Below are positions 31,829 through 42,849 of a stretch of 64,000 bases of DNA, in pieces. The notes under the pieces are model-generated. The model saw only the letters and a list, made by a program, of their open reading frames with translations. It had not been told where the DNA came from and ran no database searches. A program made the translations under genes and the position numbers. Position 1 is the first letter of the stretch. Every line of letters starts with the position of its first letter. This DNA comes from Gammaproteobacteria bacterium (GTDB lineage Bacteria > Pseudomonadota > Gammaproteobacteria > Eutrophobiales > Eutrophobiaceae). The DNA lies in assembly GCA_965215365.1 (NCBI GenBank), contig CBDCDS010000003.1, forward strand, positions 608,001 to 672,000. Reading direction: 5' to 3'.

Positions 31829-32857
31829 TCATGCTCTTTTACGCTCCAGCCGGTGCCCGCTCAGGCTGAACAGGAAGCGCTCCAGCAGTTGCCAGCCATC
31901 CGCCGGCAGCGCGCCTTTCAGAGCCTTGTCCACCTCTAGGGCGTCAACCAGCAGCGCCGACATAGCTGCCGGACTGAGGCGCGCCAACAGCATTTTAAGC
32001 CCCTTCCGGTCGCGCTCCAACACCCGCTGGGCCTGATATACCTGCTCTTGCGGTTTGCCGCGCGCCACCTCATGGGCGATCGCGCCGGCGCGCCGCAAGC
32101 CCCACATCAGCGCGCCATACACACTGAGCGGCTCGGCGCCTTCGTGTTTAAGTCCGCGCAACATCCTAGCGACGCGTTCGGAGCGCCCCAGAAAGACGTT
32201 CTCAATCAGGTCGAACACCTGGTAACGGGCACTGTCCACCACCATGTTCAACACCGCGTCACGGTCGATATCCGCCTGTTCCACCAGCAACGCCAGTTTA
32301 TCAATTTCCTGCTGTGCCGCCAGCAGGTTGCCCTCCACCCGTTGCGCCACCAGCTGTGCGGCCTCCCGGGTCATCTGTTTCCCCTGCGCCCGGCAGCGGT
32401 CCATAATCCAGCCCGGCAATCTGGCTCCCTCAACCGGCCAGATCTGCATGCAACAGCCTTGTTGTTCCAGTGCCTTGAACCATTTCGTCTGCTGAGTCTT
32501 GCGGTCAATACGCGCCGTGGTCAACAGCAACAGGTTATCCGCAGCACACCCGGCTGCGTAATCGGTCAGGGCCGCGCCACCTTCCCGGCCGGGCTTGCTG
32601 CTACCCAGCCGCAACTCGATGATGCGACGACTGGAAAACAGCGACAGGTTGGCGCCGGCCTCACGCAGCTCGCGCCAGTCAAATCCGTTGGCGGCATCCA
32701 GCACCACACGTTCTTCGTAACCCAGCGCGCGGGCGCGCGTGCGGATGCGGTCGCTGGCTTCCAGCATTTGCAACGGCTCATCGCCGCTGAGGTAATAGAC
32801 CGGCAGTAGCTCGGGTTTACTCAGGTGCGCCGGGAGTTGCTCTGGCTTCAGTCGCAT
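31829..32857 (-). CDS. holA: DNA polymerase III delta subunit
   Basis: [28 protein letters not shown]; leuS-lptE-holA order. Confidence 0.95.
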   Translation of the reverse strand: MRLKPEQLPAHLSKPELLPVYYLSGDEPLQMLEASDRIRTRARALGYEERVVLDAANGFDWRELREAGANLSLFSSRRIIELRLGSSKPGREGGAALTDYAAGCAADNLLLLTTARIDRKTQQTKWFKALEQQGCCMQIWPVEGARLPGWIMDRCRAQGKQMTREAAQLVAQRVEGNLLAAQQEIDKLALLVEQADIDRDAVLNMVVDSARYQVFDLIENVFLGRSERVARMLRGLKHEGAEPLSVYGALMWGLRRAGAIAHEVARGKPQEQVYQAQRVLERDRKGLKMLLARLSPAAMSALLVDALEVDKALKGALPADGWQLLERFLFSLSGHRLERKRA

Positions 32858-32917
32858 CGGGTGTTCCTGCTACCTGCTACTCTTGTAACCTGATTTTGAC
32901 ATGTTCAGGCAGCGGGC

Positions 32918-33427
32918 TTACTGCGCCAGCGTATTGAGCCGTTCTGCAATGCGGGCCGCAGCCTGTTCGAGCAGTTCTTCCTTGATAGTCTCCTCCTCGG
33001 CAAATTTCCCCAGCGCCGCATCTTCGTCTAAGGCGTAGTCGCCGCTGACCCGCAGCGGCTGCCGGGCCACCAGCGCCTCGCCGTCGGCATTGCTGATACT
33101 GATGTGGGTGTTGAACACGATCAGGTACTCTTCCACCTTGCCGGTGGCGGGCGATACACTGGCCACCTGCCGCACAAATTCCTCGCCGTGCAAGGTCAGC
33201 GTGTAGTCGGCGTCCTTACGGCCGGCGCTGAGGGTGGCCCCGGCCGTAACCAGACGCGCCCGTAGCGCATCGGCAAGCGGGCCGGCGGCACCAATAACGT
33301 GGACGCGGTAAGCAGCCGGGGCGGGGGCGCCCTTGGCGGCACTCAAATTCTGACCGCGCAGGTGATAGCCGCAACCCTGGGCCAGGATTATGGCGAGCAG
33401 GACAACATGCCAGAACGGGATTCTCAT
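32918..33427 (-). CDS. lptE: LPS assembly lipoprotein
   Basis: Lipobox followed by GCGYHLRG; position between leuS and holA. Confidence 0.92.
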   Translation of the reverse strand: MRIPFWHVVLLAIILAQGCGYHLRGQNLSAAKGAPAPAAYRVHVIGAAGPLADALRARLVTAGATLSAGRKDADYTLTLHGEEFVRQVASVSPATGKVEEYLIVFNTHISISNADGEALVARQPLRVSGDYALDEDAALGKFAEEETIKEELLEQAAARIAERLNTLAQ

Positions 33428-33478
33428 TGCCTCAAAGGATACGGTGTTATGGCGTTCGATACAAGGCCAGACGGCGCC

Positions 33479-36094
33479 TCAGCCGCCGACTACGATGTTG
33501 ACCAGGCGTTGCGGCACGACAATGATTCTGTCTATGGGCTTGCCGGCTAGGTGCCGTTGCACGTTTTCATCGGCCAGCGCCAGGGCCTTGATGTCGTCCT
33601 CGGTGGCTTGCGGCGAGACCAGCAGCTGTGCCCGTTTCCTGCCGTTTACCTGCACCACCAAGCGGAGCTCGTCGGCACTGAGCGCGGCCTCATCCACCTG
33701 CGGCCAGCGCGCGTCGACAAGTGGGGTGTCCTTGCCCATAGCGCGCCAGATGGCGTCGGTGATGTGTGGGATAATGGGAGATAACAGCACGGTCATGACT
33801 TCCAGCCCCTCGCGCCGCAGCGCCTGATTGTTGTCGGATTGGGTGTCGTCGGAGCGGGTATTATCGGGCTGCTCACCCAGCCGGTTCAGGGCGTTCAATA
33901 ACTCCATGACTGCGGCGATGGCCGTGTTGAACGTATAGCGCCGGCCAATATCGTCATTAACCTTGACAATGGTCTGATGAATCTTGCGCCGCACCTGCCG
34001 TTGTTCCCGGGTATACGCGTGCGTCCCGGTCGAGGCGTTGCGGTAATTGTCACAGGCGAATTTCCACAGCCGCTTGAGGAACCGGAAGGCGCCCTCAATC
34101 CCCGCGTCCGACCATTCCAGGCTTTGCTCGGGGGGGGCAGCAAACATGATGAACAGGCGCACGGTATCAGCACCGTATTGGTCGATGATGTCCTGCGGGT
34201 CGATGCCGTTGTTTTTCGATTTCGACATTTTCTCGCGTTTACCGATGGTGACCGGCTTGCCGTCCGCCTTCAGGGTTGCGGCAGTAATACGACCCTTCTC
34301 ATCACGGGCAAACTCCAGTTCACTGAAGTTGTAGTAAGTCCTGTGCCCCTGTACCTCCCGGTAAAACGTTTCCGCTACCACCATGCCTTGCGTCAGCAGG
34401 TTTGTGAACGGCTCACCATAGCGGGTAAGGCCTTGATCACGAGCCAGTTTCTGAAAAAATCTCGAATACAGCAAATGCAGCACTGCGTGCTCAATACCGC
34501 CCACGTACTGGTCCACCGGCAGCCAATAATCGGCCCGTTCGTCGAGCATGGCCTGCCGGCTATCCGGGCAGCAAAAGCGCATGAAATACCAGGAGGACTC
34601 GAAAAACGTATCAAACGTGTCGGTCTCGCGGCGCGCCGGCAAGCCGCTGTCCGGGTGGGTGGTTTGCAGAAAGTGTTCCAGTTCGTGCAGCGGCGAACGC
34701 ACCCCGGACAACTCCACCTCCTCCGGCAGCAGCACGGGCAGGTCGGCAGCCGGCACTGCTGCCTCGGCGCCGTCCTCAGCCGTCACCACGGGGATGGGGC
34801 AACCCCAGTAACGTTGTCGGGAGATACCCCAGTCGCGCAGTCGGTAATTGACCTTGCGCCGGCCCCGGCCCAGGTCTTGCAGGCGTTGTGCAATCGCGGC
34901 AACGGCCTGGCTGGAACTCAGACCGTCAAATTCACCGGAGTTTTCCAGCAGGCCTTTTTCAACAAACGCGCCGCGCTCCGGATCAGCGGCGGCATCAGTG
35001 GCGGCGGCTACCGGGCGAATGACCGGCTTGATCGGCAGCCGGTATTGGCGTGCGAACTGCCAGTCGCGGGCATCATGCGCCGGCACCCCCATCACCGCGC
35101 CGGCACCGTAACCCATGAGGATGAAATTCGCTACCCACACCGGCACGGTTTCCCCGCTGAGCGGGTGGGTGACATGTATCCCCAACGGCGCGCCGGCTTT
35201 TTCCATGGTTTCCAGTTCGGCCTCGGAGGTCGCGGCATTACGGTAGCGTTGCAGAAACGCGGCCACCTCCGGGTTGCTCGCCGCAGCCGCCACCGCAAGC
35301 GGATGCTCTATCGCCACCGCCATGTAACTGACGCCGAACAGTGTGTCCGGGCGGGTGGTGAACACCGTCAGGACGCCGCCGTCATTGAAGGGGAAATCTA
35401 TCTCCACCCCTTCCGAGCGTCCAATCCAGTTGCGCTGCATGGTGCGCACTGATTCGGGCCAGCCGTGCAGGTTGTCCAGCTCGGCCAGCAACTCTTCGCT
35501 GTAGTCTGTGATCTTCAGAAACCACTGGGAAATCTCCTTCCTTTCCACCGGCGCGCCGGAGCGCCAGCCGCGGCCGTCGATGACCTGTTCATTAGCCAGC
35601 ACCGTCTGGTCGACAGGGTCCCAGTTGACCGGCGCGGTCTTCTTGTACACCAGTCCCTTGCGGTACAACTCGGTAAAAAACCACTGCTCCCAGCGGTAAT
35701 AGTCCGGCTTGCAGGTGGCCAGCTCCCGCTCCCAGTCGTAGGCAAACCCCAGTCGTTGTAACTGAGCGCGCATGTAATCGATATTCTGCTCGGTCCAGCG
35801 CGCCGGGGCTACCTGATTTTCTATGGCGGCGTTCTCCGCCGGCAGGCCGAAGGCATCCCAGCCCATGGGTTGCAGCACATTCTTGCCCTGCAGGCGCTGG
35901 TAGCGCGCAATCACGTCGCCGATGGTGTAATTGCGCACATGCCCTATATGCAGTTTGCCGCTGGGGTAGGGAAACATGGACAGGCAGTAGAACTTTTCCC
36001 GGTCGGGGTCCTCGGTGGCCTTAAATGCGCGCGTGGCCTTCCAGTTGGCCTGTACTTCCCGTTCGATGGTTTGGGGCTGGTATGCGGTATCCAC
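33479..36094 (-). CDS. leuS: Leucyl-tRNA synthetase
   Basis: [13 protein letters not shown] and KMSKS. Confidence 0.98.
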   Translation of the reverse strand: MDTAYQPQTIEREVQANWKATRAFKATEDPDREKFYCLSMFPYPSGKLHIGHVRNYTIGDVIARYQRLQGKNVLQPMGWDAFGLPAENAAIENQVAPARWTEQNIDYMRAQLQRLGFAYDWERELATCKPDYYRWEQWFFTELYRKGLVYKKTAPVNWDPVDQTVLANEQVIDGRGWRSGAPVERKEISQWFLKITDYSEELLAELDNLHGWPESVRTMQRNWIGRSEGVEIDFPFNDGGVLTVFTTRPDTLFGVSYMAVAIEHPLAVAAAASNPEVAAFLQRYRNAATSEAELETMEKAGAPLGIHVTHPLSGETVPVWVANFILMGYGAGAVMGVPAHDARDWQFARQYRLPIKPVIRPVAAATDAAADPERGAFVEKGLLENSGEFDGLSSSQAVAAIAQRLQDLGRGRRKVNYRLRDWGISRQRYWGCPIPVVTAEDGAEAAVPAADLPVLLPEEVELSGVRSPLHELEHFLQTTHPDSGLPARRETDTFDTFFESSWYFMRFCCPDSRQAMLDERADYWLPVDQYVGGIEHAVLHLLYSRFFQKLARDQGLTRYGEPFTNLLTQGMVVAETFYREVQGHRTYYNFSELEFARDEKGRITAATLKADGKPVTIGKREKMSKSKNNGIDPQDIIDQYGADTVRLFIMFAAPPEQSLEWSDAGIEGAFRFLKRLWKFACDNYRNASTGTHAYTREQRQVRRKIHQTIVKVNDDIGRRYTFNTAIAAVMELLNALNRLGEQPDNTRSDDTQSDNNQALRREGLEVMTVLLSPIIPHITDAIWRAMGKDTPLVDARWPQVDEAALSADELRLVVQVNGRKRAQLLVSPQATEDDIKALALADENVQRHLAGKPIDRIIVVPQRLVNIVVGG

Positions 36095-36191
36095 GTAGTC
36101 TGCGCGCCGGTGTATGAAAACGTGAAGGATACCGCAAACAGGGAGCGGGGAACAGTGACCACCGTCCCCCGCCGCAGTTTCCCCCTCCCGC

Positions 36192-36464
36192 CTATTCCGG
36201 CAGTTCGCCGACAGTCAGCACATCCTTGTTCTTTTCTATCAGCTTCGGCCCTATACCTCTTATGTCAGTCAATTCCTGTACCGACCTGAATCCGCCGTGC
36301 TGTTCCCGGTAGTCGATGATCCGCTCGGCGTAGGACGCGCCGATACCGCGCAAGGTCATCAGTGTATCCCTGTCTGCCGTGTTGATATCAATCATCCCCT
36401 CGGCAAACAGCGCGAGGGGCAGGCAGAGCAAGACAAGGGCTGTGAGTTTCCTGAATAGTTGCAT
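36192..36464 (-). CDS. comEA: ComEA-family helix-hairpin-helix DNA-binding protein
   Basis: Signal peptide, IDINTA, two GIG HhH motifs. Confidence 0.9.
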   Translation of the reverse strand: MQLFRKLTALVLLCLPLALFAEGMIDINTADRDTLMTLRGIGASYAERIIDYREQHGGFRSVQELTDIRGIGPKLIEKNKDVLTVGELPE

Positions 36465-36595
36465 AATGGTCTCCTTCAGTTAACAGGTTTAAGTTCCGTG
36501 ATCCTTATAACCACGCAGTAAAAAGAACCTCTGATTGCCAGAGGCGACCTGAAGTCTAGCAACAGCGCGCCGGTTGCACAGGAAAAAATTGGCAA

Positions 36596-36617
36596 AAATG
36601 TGGGAAAAGTCACATTT
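36596..36617. promoter_or_regulatory. CRP-like site inside a longer palindrome upstream of comEA
   Basis: AAATGTGG-GAAAAG-TCACATTT versus the consensus AAATGTGA-N6-TCACATTT. Confidence 0.5.
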
Positions 36618-36775
36618 TTGCGAAAATTTTTGTGACGTTGTTCGTCTCGCACCCTTTGTGGGTCGATTTTGCCATCCACAATGATGCTGATGCGACAGTT
36701 GTAATCCGCTTTGCGGACCTATCGAGCGCATACTGGCGAGCGTTATCTTCCTGGGCAGGCGACATAACGCAACGG

Positions 36776-37243
36776 TCAGCCGGCCGGATCCGCGGGAACG
36801 GCGTCCATGTCCAAGCGGGTTTCTATCCTGGCTACGCGTTCGCTTAGTGCGTACACCTGTTCTCGCAGAACGGCGATCTCTTCTCGCAGAATATCGATCT
36901 CGTCCCTGATGTCGGCAAATTGGGCTTGCATTTCCGCGCGCAGCTTGTTGATCTCGGTGTGCAGCTCGGTGCGCAAGTCGGTGCGCAAGTCGCTGATCTG
37001 TATTTGTATATCGCGCTGCAAACCCATGATAGCCGCATACAAAAACCCCTGGCTGGAGAGAATGGCTGCCAGCGCAATACCCACCAGCCATTGCGCCTGC
37101 CGGAATTCACGCCAGCGCACCACATCATCGTCCGGGCGACCGGCGGGGCGGGACGTTACGCCCTGTTGGCGGACATCATCTGCAGGATTGGATGTATCGG
37201 GGCGCATGCCGTTCATAGTCGTTTCCATGAGTTTTACCTCCAT
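36776..37243 (-). CDS. Membrane-anchored coiled-coil protein
   Basis: One TM helix, then a repetitive DLRTDLRTELHTEI...LREEI coil ending RVARIETRL. Confidence 0.7.
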   Translation of the reverse strand: MEVKLMETTMNGMRPDTSNPADDVRQQGVTSRPAGRPDDDVVRWREFRQAQWLVGIALAAILSSQGFLYAAIMGLQRDIQIQISDLRTDLRTELHTEINKLRAEMQAQFADIRDEIDILREEIAVLREQVYALSERVARIETRLDMDAVPADPAG

Positions 37244-37726
37244 GGTGTTATTCGGTTCCTGTCCAGCGGTGCCTCACCGCCGATCTTGTTTCAAAGTATA
37301 GCCGTGGGAGCAAAAATAGCAAGCATTTATTTGCGGCGCAAGTTTCACCTGCCACGGGCTGTTTACATCCCTGCCCCTAACCCGCAATCGTCCTGCATCA
37401 GGCCGGAACAGATCAGTAATACCAATGAACCGGTGCTACGGCGCATCACGGTAAAGGTTGGCGCTGACCCTGACAACACAGGACGGGTTTATCAGGCGAC
37501 CGGAGTAATCAGGGGGCTTCCAGTCTGTACACGATTGTGTTATAACGCTGAGGTATGCTGTGTACAACCTGTTTGTTTTCCGGTATGGCGCCGGGGTGTT
37601 GCGGTTATGCACAGGCAGTCAAGCGCATGTCAACATGGACAAACACCGTAAATAAAATATAAACTTTTGATTTATAAGTAAAAAAAACATAATCCAGAAC
37701 TACTGTTGCCCTATAAACACAATACT

Positions 37727-38827
37727 ATGAATATAACCTTAAATAGAGAACAACTGTTACCTGCCTTGTCTGATCTGAATGGTGTTGTTGAATCCAGGCC
37801 GGCCTTGGCAATTCTGGCCAATGTCCTGATCAATATTTCGCCCCAGGAAATCAGGCTGACGACAACAGATATGGAAGTTGAACTTTCCGAAGCTATCCCA
37901 GGCGAGTTTGGAGAAACGGGGGAAATTACTGTTCCGGCGCGCAAGCTCTTGGACATTTGCCGGACTTTGCCGGAAGCCGCCGAGATCGCACTGACAGTTG
38001 AGGACGAACGGGTAAATGTGGCCTCTGGCAGAAGCCGATTCTCCTTGTTGTCACTGCCGGCACAGGAGTTTCCGAGAGTGGAACCCGGCCAGACCGACGT
38101 CAGTTTTTCGTTATCGCAGGCGGTGTTCAAGTCGTTGCTGGAGCGTACCGCCTTTGCCATGGCTAGGCAGGATGTGCGCTATTACCTGAATGGAGTCCTG
38201 TTGGAGGCGGAGGCAGGGCAGCTGCGCGCGGTCGCCACGGACGGACACCGGCTGGCCCTGTGTGAAGTTGACATTACGTTTCCCGCGGAGGAGAAAAAAC
38301 AGTTAATCATGCCAAGGAAAGGCGTCATGGAGCTGCTGCGCTTGCTGCATGACTCGGAAGACGAGGTGGAAATCGTCATGAGCGGAAATCATATCCGCAT
38401 TGTCAGGGGCGACCTGATCTTCACCAGTAAACTGATAGACGGCAAATACCCGGATTACAACCGGGTCATCCCGGCCCCGGCCCAACAGCCCGTGCTGGCC
38501 CAACGGGAGATATTGAAGCGGAGTCTCGGCCGCGCCTCAATACTATCCACCGACAAATACCGGGGGGTGAGAATAACGCTGGAAGAAAACAAACTCAGCG
38601 CAAACGTCCACAATCCTGAACAGGAACAGGCCGAGGACGAGATTGACGTCGAGTATTCGGGAGAGAAGCTGGAAGTCGGCTTCAACGTGAGTTATCTGCT
38701 TGACGCAGTCAGTATTATTCAGACCGACAAGGTAAAACTTTCCATCTCATCTCCGAAAAGCGGCTGTCTGGTATTGCCTGAGGAAGGCGAAGGGTGCAAG
38801 TACATCGTCATGCCGTTGATGCTTTAA
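37727..38827 (+). CDS. dnaN: DNA polymerase III beta clamp
   Basis: QDVRYYLNG, VATDGHRLA, LIDGKYPDY, GFNVSYLLD. Confidence 0.98.
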   Translation: MNITLNREQLLPALSDLNGVVESRPALAILANVLINISPQEIRLTTTDMEVELSEAIPGEFGETGEITVPARKLLDICRTLPEAAEIALTVEDERVNVASGRSRFSLLSLPAQEFPRVEPGQTDVSFSLSQAVFKSLLERTAFAMARQDVRYYLNGVLLEAEAGQLRAVATDGHRLALCEVDITFPAEEKKQLIMPRKGVMELLRLLHDSEDEVEIVMSGNHIRIVRGDLIFTSKLIDGKYPDYNRVIPAPAQQPVLAQREILKRSLGRASILSTDKYRGVRITLEENKLSANVHNPEQEQAEDEIDVEYSGEKLEVGFNVSYLLDAVSIIQTDKVKLSISSPKSGCLVLPEEGEGCKYIVMPLML

Positions 38828-38875
38828 CCCGCATATCTCACCAAGTCACTTGTTTTAACACTGCTATCGCAGCCG

Positions 38876-39964
38876 ATGCGCATTGAATGGCTGCACATCC
38901 GAAACGTTCGTAACCTGTCGGAACTGAGGTTAGAGCCGGCCGCCGGGCTTAACCTGATCTGTGGCCCGAACGGTAGCGGCAAGACGGCGCTGTTGGAAGC
39001 TATCTATTTTCTGGGGCGCTGTCGCTCATTTCGCACTGCCGCCATACAGCGGGTTATCCGCAACCAGCAACGCGCATTGCAGGTCAGCGCCGGATTGCTG
39101 CTTACCGATCAGCGTCGAATTGTTACGGGGGTGGAGCGCAGCCGGACGGCGCTCGATATCCGTTACAACAACACCACTGTGCACAAGGTGTCCGAACAGG
39201 CAGCGCAGCTCCCCGTTATTACAATTATTCCGGAAAGCCACAGACTGGTTTCTGGCAGCCCGATATACCGCAGACGCTGGTTGGACTGGGCCATGTTTCA
39301 CGTGGAACCACACTATATCAATCTCTGGCGGGACTATTACAAGGCGTTAAAACAGCGCAACAGCTTGCTTCGCTCGAACAGGGTCGAACAACTGGGTGCA
39401 TGGGAACAAGCCATGGCGCGTGCCGCAGAAGCTATGACCGCACAGCGTACCGGCTTTATCGACGAACTGGCGGTGGCTATGAGCGCAGCCGCCCGGCGCT
39501 TGCAGATTGCACAAACTACGCTGGAATATGAGTGTGGTTGGCAGGCAGACACTGAGTTAGCCTCATTCCTCGCAGAGCAACGCAAAGGCGATCAGGAAAG
39601 AGGCACAACGCGACAAGGACTGCACCGCAGCGATATGACCATCCACCACGAGGGGAGGGAAGTCGGGCATTTTTATTCACGCGGGCAGATTAAGCTGTGC
39701 ATTATTGCACTGTCGCTGGCCCTGGATAGTGTGTTCAGGAAGCGCACCGGGCGCATCCCGCTGATCTTGGCGGACGACCTGCCGGCGGAGTTGGATCAGA
39801 ACAGCTTGCTGCGCGTTGTGGATGGATTGGCCGGGCAGGGGAGTCAGGTTTTCATCACTTCAACAGACTCGATTCCGGCAGTTTCACAGCATCCGCTAAA
39901 ATTGTTTCACGTGGAACAGGGGCAGATTACCGACTCGGTGTTGTCCGGGTTCAGAAACAAGTGA
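38876..39964 (+). CDS. recF: Recombination protein RecF (stop codon supplied by the IS481 end)
   Basis: GPNGSGKT, SRGQIK, DDLPAELD, QVFIT. Confidence 0.95.
   Translation: MRIEWLHIRNVRNLSELRLEPAAGLNLICGPNGSGKTALLEAIYFLGRCRSFRTAAIQRVIRNQQRALQVSAGLLLTDQRRIVTGVERSRTALDIRYNNTTVHKVSEQAAQLPVITIIPESHRLVSGSPIYRRRWLDWAMFHVEPHYINLWRDYYKALKQRNSLLRSNRVEQLGAWEQAMARAAEAMTAQRTGFIDELAVAMSAAARRLQIAQTTLEYECGWQADTELASFLAEQRKGDQERGTTRQGLHRSDMTIHHEGREVGHFYSRGQIKLCIIALSLALDSVFRKRTGRIPLILADDLPAELDQNSLLRVVDGLAGQGSQVFITSTDSIPAVSQHPLKLFHVEQGQITDSVLSGFRNK
39294..39309. other. parS site within recF
   Basis: TGTTTCACGTGGAACC. Confidence 0.8.
39903..39918. other. parS site within recF
   Basis: TGTTTCACGTGGAACA matches the parS consensus. 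Confidence 0.85.
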
Positions 39965-40436
39965 GACTCGAATAGACAAAAAATCGGGTAGTGAAGTGTG
40001 TAAAGTGATTTCGATTAACTTACACAGGAGGACTACCCGATGCAGATCAAAAGGTAAGCGGGTGAAATCATATCGCAGTTGGCGCGTGGATGATACTACC
40101 GATGCTGACGCGCGCGGTCGTTTGAAGCAGTTGGAATGGGTTGCGACGTTACGCGAGGATGGGTGTGGTGAGGCGACGGCACTGGCAGCAGTAGGTGGGT
40201 CGAGGGCGACCTACAACGGCTGTGTAGAACGCGCCAATGCCACCAGCCGCTATGAGTTCTATCCGTTCTACGAGGGTCCACTGACCGTGGCGGCCATCAA
40301 CCGCAAACTGGCCGAGTATCAGCAATACTACAATACCTACCGCCCGCATGACGGTATTGGTTTATTAACCCCAATGGAGTATTATCAACAACTCACACAG
40401 CCTGCCTCTGAGTCTCATATGTATTGAACCTGGACA
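39942..40436 (+). mobile_element. Internally deleted, non-autonomous IS481 copy
   Basis: Both ends match 15246-16377; about 640 bp of transposase missing; no target duplication. Confidence 0.92.
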
Positions 40437-40627
40437 ATCCGGTTGACACAGCATCAGCCGCAGTCCATACTGGCCGTACTATGTCCGCTAAGTTTATCTG
40501 GCTCAATCTCGCCGGTTTGGGCCGTGACGGGCAAGATCGGCGCGTTCTTGCTGGTGTGGGGTTTCATTATTTGTCCGCTCATTGCCATCAATGACTTAGC
40601 GCGATTGCTGGACAACATACTACACAG

Positions 40628-40822
40628 ATGGGACGAGTAACCCAAATACTGCTGTGGATCAGCGTGGCCCTGGTGGTGGTCTGGCCGGCGCTGTTCCTGA
40701 TTGTGCTGTTGGTGTGGGGATATATCATCTTGCCGATCATCCTGTTGCGGCTGCTGTATCTCTGGTGGCGGTTGCTGGTGGACGGCCCCTCAGCCCTCGG
40801 CCAGCCGCACGAGCTCCCGTGA
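40628..40822 (+). CDS. Small hydrophobic membrane protein (prophage moron-like)
   Basis: 64 aa, almost entirely hydrophobic. Confidence 0.45.
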   Translation: MGRVTQILLWISVALVVVWPALFLIVLLVWGYIILPIILLRLLYLWWRLLVDGPSALGQPHELP

Positions 40823-41047
40823 CACCACGTTGAGTTGACCGAGCAGGCGCGGGCCCGGGCGGATGTGCAGCCAGCGACACAGCGCTAACGCCTGCTCGTA
40901 GTCCAGACCGGCCACGCCGCCCAGCGGTAAGGTGTGGATGACGGCGGGGGCGCCCTGTATCAGGATGCGGATGGCATCGTGATTGACCGGCAGCACATCG
41001 CAATCCTCGCCTCCCCACCAGGCCTGCACCGCCGCCGTCAGTTTCCC
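40790..41047 (-). CDS. Tail assembly chaperone -1 frameshift extension (DUF1799-like)
   Basis: GLDY motif; reached by -1 slip at G GGA AAC. Confidence 0.7.
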   Translation of the reverse strand, partial: GKLTAAVQAWWGGEDCDVLPVNHDAIRILIQGAPAVIHTLPLGGVAGLDYEQALALCRWLHIRPGPRLLGQLNVVSRELVRLAEG

Positions 41048-41382
41048 AGGGCGCGCGCCTCACCGAGTACCGCTCCGATATACGCCGTGACCACCGCCGT
41101 GCGCACCCGCGGACGGGCGGTGAGCAGGTCGCGATTCGTCTCATTGAACGCCAGCGCCTTGCCGGCGGAGTCGGTTACATCGTCCCAACCAATCAGCACC
41201 CGGTTGACCAGGGCAATATCCGCGCGCGGCGCATCGAGCAGCGCATCGAGCTCAGCTTGCGTGAGCTCGACAAAGCGGGCGGTAAAGGTCTGCTTGTCGT
41301 GACCACTGCCGCCCGGCGCGGACACGCTCACCGGCATGGTGAACTCGCTGCTCTGCTCGGGTGTCAATAATTTTAATGTCAT
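41038..41382 (-). CDS. Phage tail assembly chaperone
   Basis: FTARF, VLIGWDDVTD, ends LGN*; downstream of the tail tube gene. Confidence 0.8.
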   Translation of the reverse strand: MTLKLLTPEQSSEFTMPVSVSAPGGSGHDKQTFTARFVELTQAELDALLDAPRADIALVNRVLIGWDDVTDSAGKALAFNETNRDLLTARPRVRTAVVTAYIGAVLGEARALGN

Positions 41383-41399
41383 GTGCTATACTCCTGATT

Positions 41400-41672
41400 A
41401 TGTGTCGTGCTCTGATACTCACCGCTCTGCTCACGCTGCCCGTAGTGGCGCTGGCGCACGAGCCCCACTGGTTGCCGCCGGCGCCCTGGGGTGTGAATCC
41501 TTGTGATCTGCCCCGGGTGCGGTGCCCGCTGGCACTGATCAATATCCATGATAATCTGGTCTTAGCGCAACGGCGCCAGGACACCACGCAAGAGCGTTAC
41601 TGGCTGGACCGGCTGGCGGGGTGGTACGCTTACAACCCCGACTACCGCCACCACCTGCATCCGCACCGCTAG
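41400..41672 (+). CDS. Small putative exported protein (prophage moron-like)
   Basis: Signal-like MCRALILTALLTLPVVALA-H. Confidence 0.45.
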   Translation: MCRALILTALLTLPVVALAHEPHWLPPAPWGVNPCDLPRVRCPLALINIHDNLVLAQRRQDTTQERYWLDRLAGWYAYNPDYRHHLHPHR

Positions 41673-41732
41673 ACCGCCGGGTCTTATTCGTTGTTCCTCC
41701 CATGGCCCCGAAGCCGTCCCGGCGGCGGTGCG

Positions 41733-42228
41733 TTATGTCGCCTGGCCGTTGATGATCAAGGCCGGGCCGCTGGGCGGCTGTAAAATCTCGGCATTGAGTT
41801 GCAGCTGCTGCTCGGCGCTACGCCCGGCGGCTTTCATGGCCGCCTCGCCGGCGGGCGAGATGGCGCACAGCGGCGCATAATAGTCATTGCCGCGCCCGAA
41901 GGCGGCGGTCTCAAGATAGCGCACCCCGCGCCGGATTTGGCGCACCTCGCCGGTGATGGCCTGCTCGACGGTACCCGCCACCGGCGTGTAGGTCACTTTC
42001 AGCACATTGTCGGCCTTAATCTTGCCGCCCGGCTCAATGTACAGCCGGGCGCGCGCAGCGTCTAAGGTGTAATCGTCACCGGCCTTGGCCATCTTGCTCG
42101 CCGCCGATGGAATCGCCCAAGTAGCGCTCGCCGATGGGCGCATCGGCGTCGCTCAGGTCAACGAGGTAGAACTCGCCGGCGCCGATGATGATGTTCGATT
42201 TGCCATGTTTGTCTGTGGCTAAGCTCAT
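41733..42228 (-). pseudogene. Phage tail tube-like gene, internally deleted or frameshifted
   Basis: AGGAG plus ATG at 42228 (IIGAGEFY...ERYLGDS), frame change near 42100 into DYTLDAARARLYI... Confidence 0.65.
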
Positions 42229-42440
42229 AGTGTGTCTCCTAGGTCGGGTGGCTCTGTAACAGTCGTTCGCTCTGATAGCGTTGGCCGTACCACACCACGC
42301 CGGCAAAGTGTTCCGGGCCGACGATCCGATCTGGAAAACCCACTACCCGCCGAACGGGTTCGGCTGCCGCAGCCGACGAGCTGGGCAAGATCAGTGTCCC
42401 CAAACTGGAAGGGGCGCCACCGGCTATCGCCCGCCCGCAC

Positions 42441-42719
42441 GTGCAGGACGCGCTGGATTATGGCGAGGTGTTGATTGACCAGCCGGAATCTTATGAAAGG
42501 CAAGGCAAACGTCACACGCTGATCGCCTATTACGAGGATGACGGCTGGTGGCGACACGTCATCGAAGTGCGGCACAAGCAACTGCTGCTGCTGACAGCAT
42601 TTCGAGACGAATATTCTGATATACGCACCGAGGATGTACTGCGCCGCCCGGGCCTGGTGACCGTGAGAGACTGGGACGAGAACCGCTGGCGGGACAGACC
42701 GAAAGAGAGTGGGAAGTGA
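42441..42719 (+). CDS. Hypothetical phage-region protein (possibly a fragment)
   Basis: 92-aa ORF with natural composition; no recognised motif. Confidence 0.4.
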   Translation: MQDALDYGEVLIDQPESYERQGKRHTLIAYYEDDGWWRHVIEVRHKQLLLLTAFRDEYSDIRTEDVLRRPGLVTVRDWDENRWRDRPKESGK

Positions 42720-42849
42720 AGCATGGAAGGCGAATATCTCCACGGGCTCCCCGGCACAATCCGCTATGGATAGCCGGGTTCTACGGTAAATCTGTACTCT
42801 ACCTCACTTCCCAGAGTGCAGTATAACACAAAATGAAAACAGAACGTAA

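Noticed and set aside
33977-35452. Long antisense ORFs (also 21967-23067, 24490-25428, 30766-31797 and 5998-6846)
   Set aside because: Shadow frames of well-supported GC-rich genes
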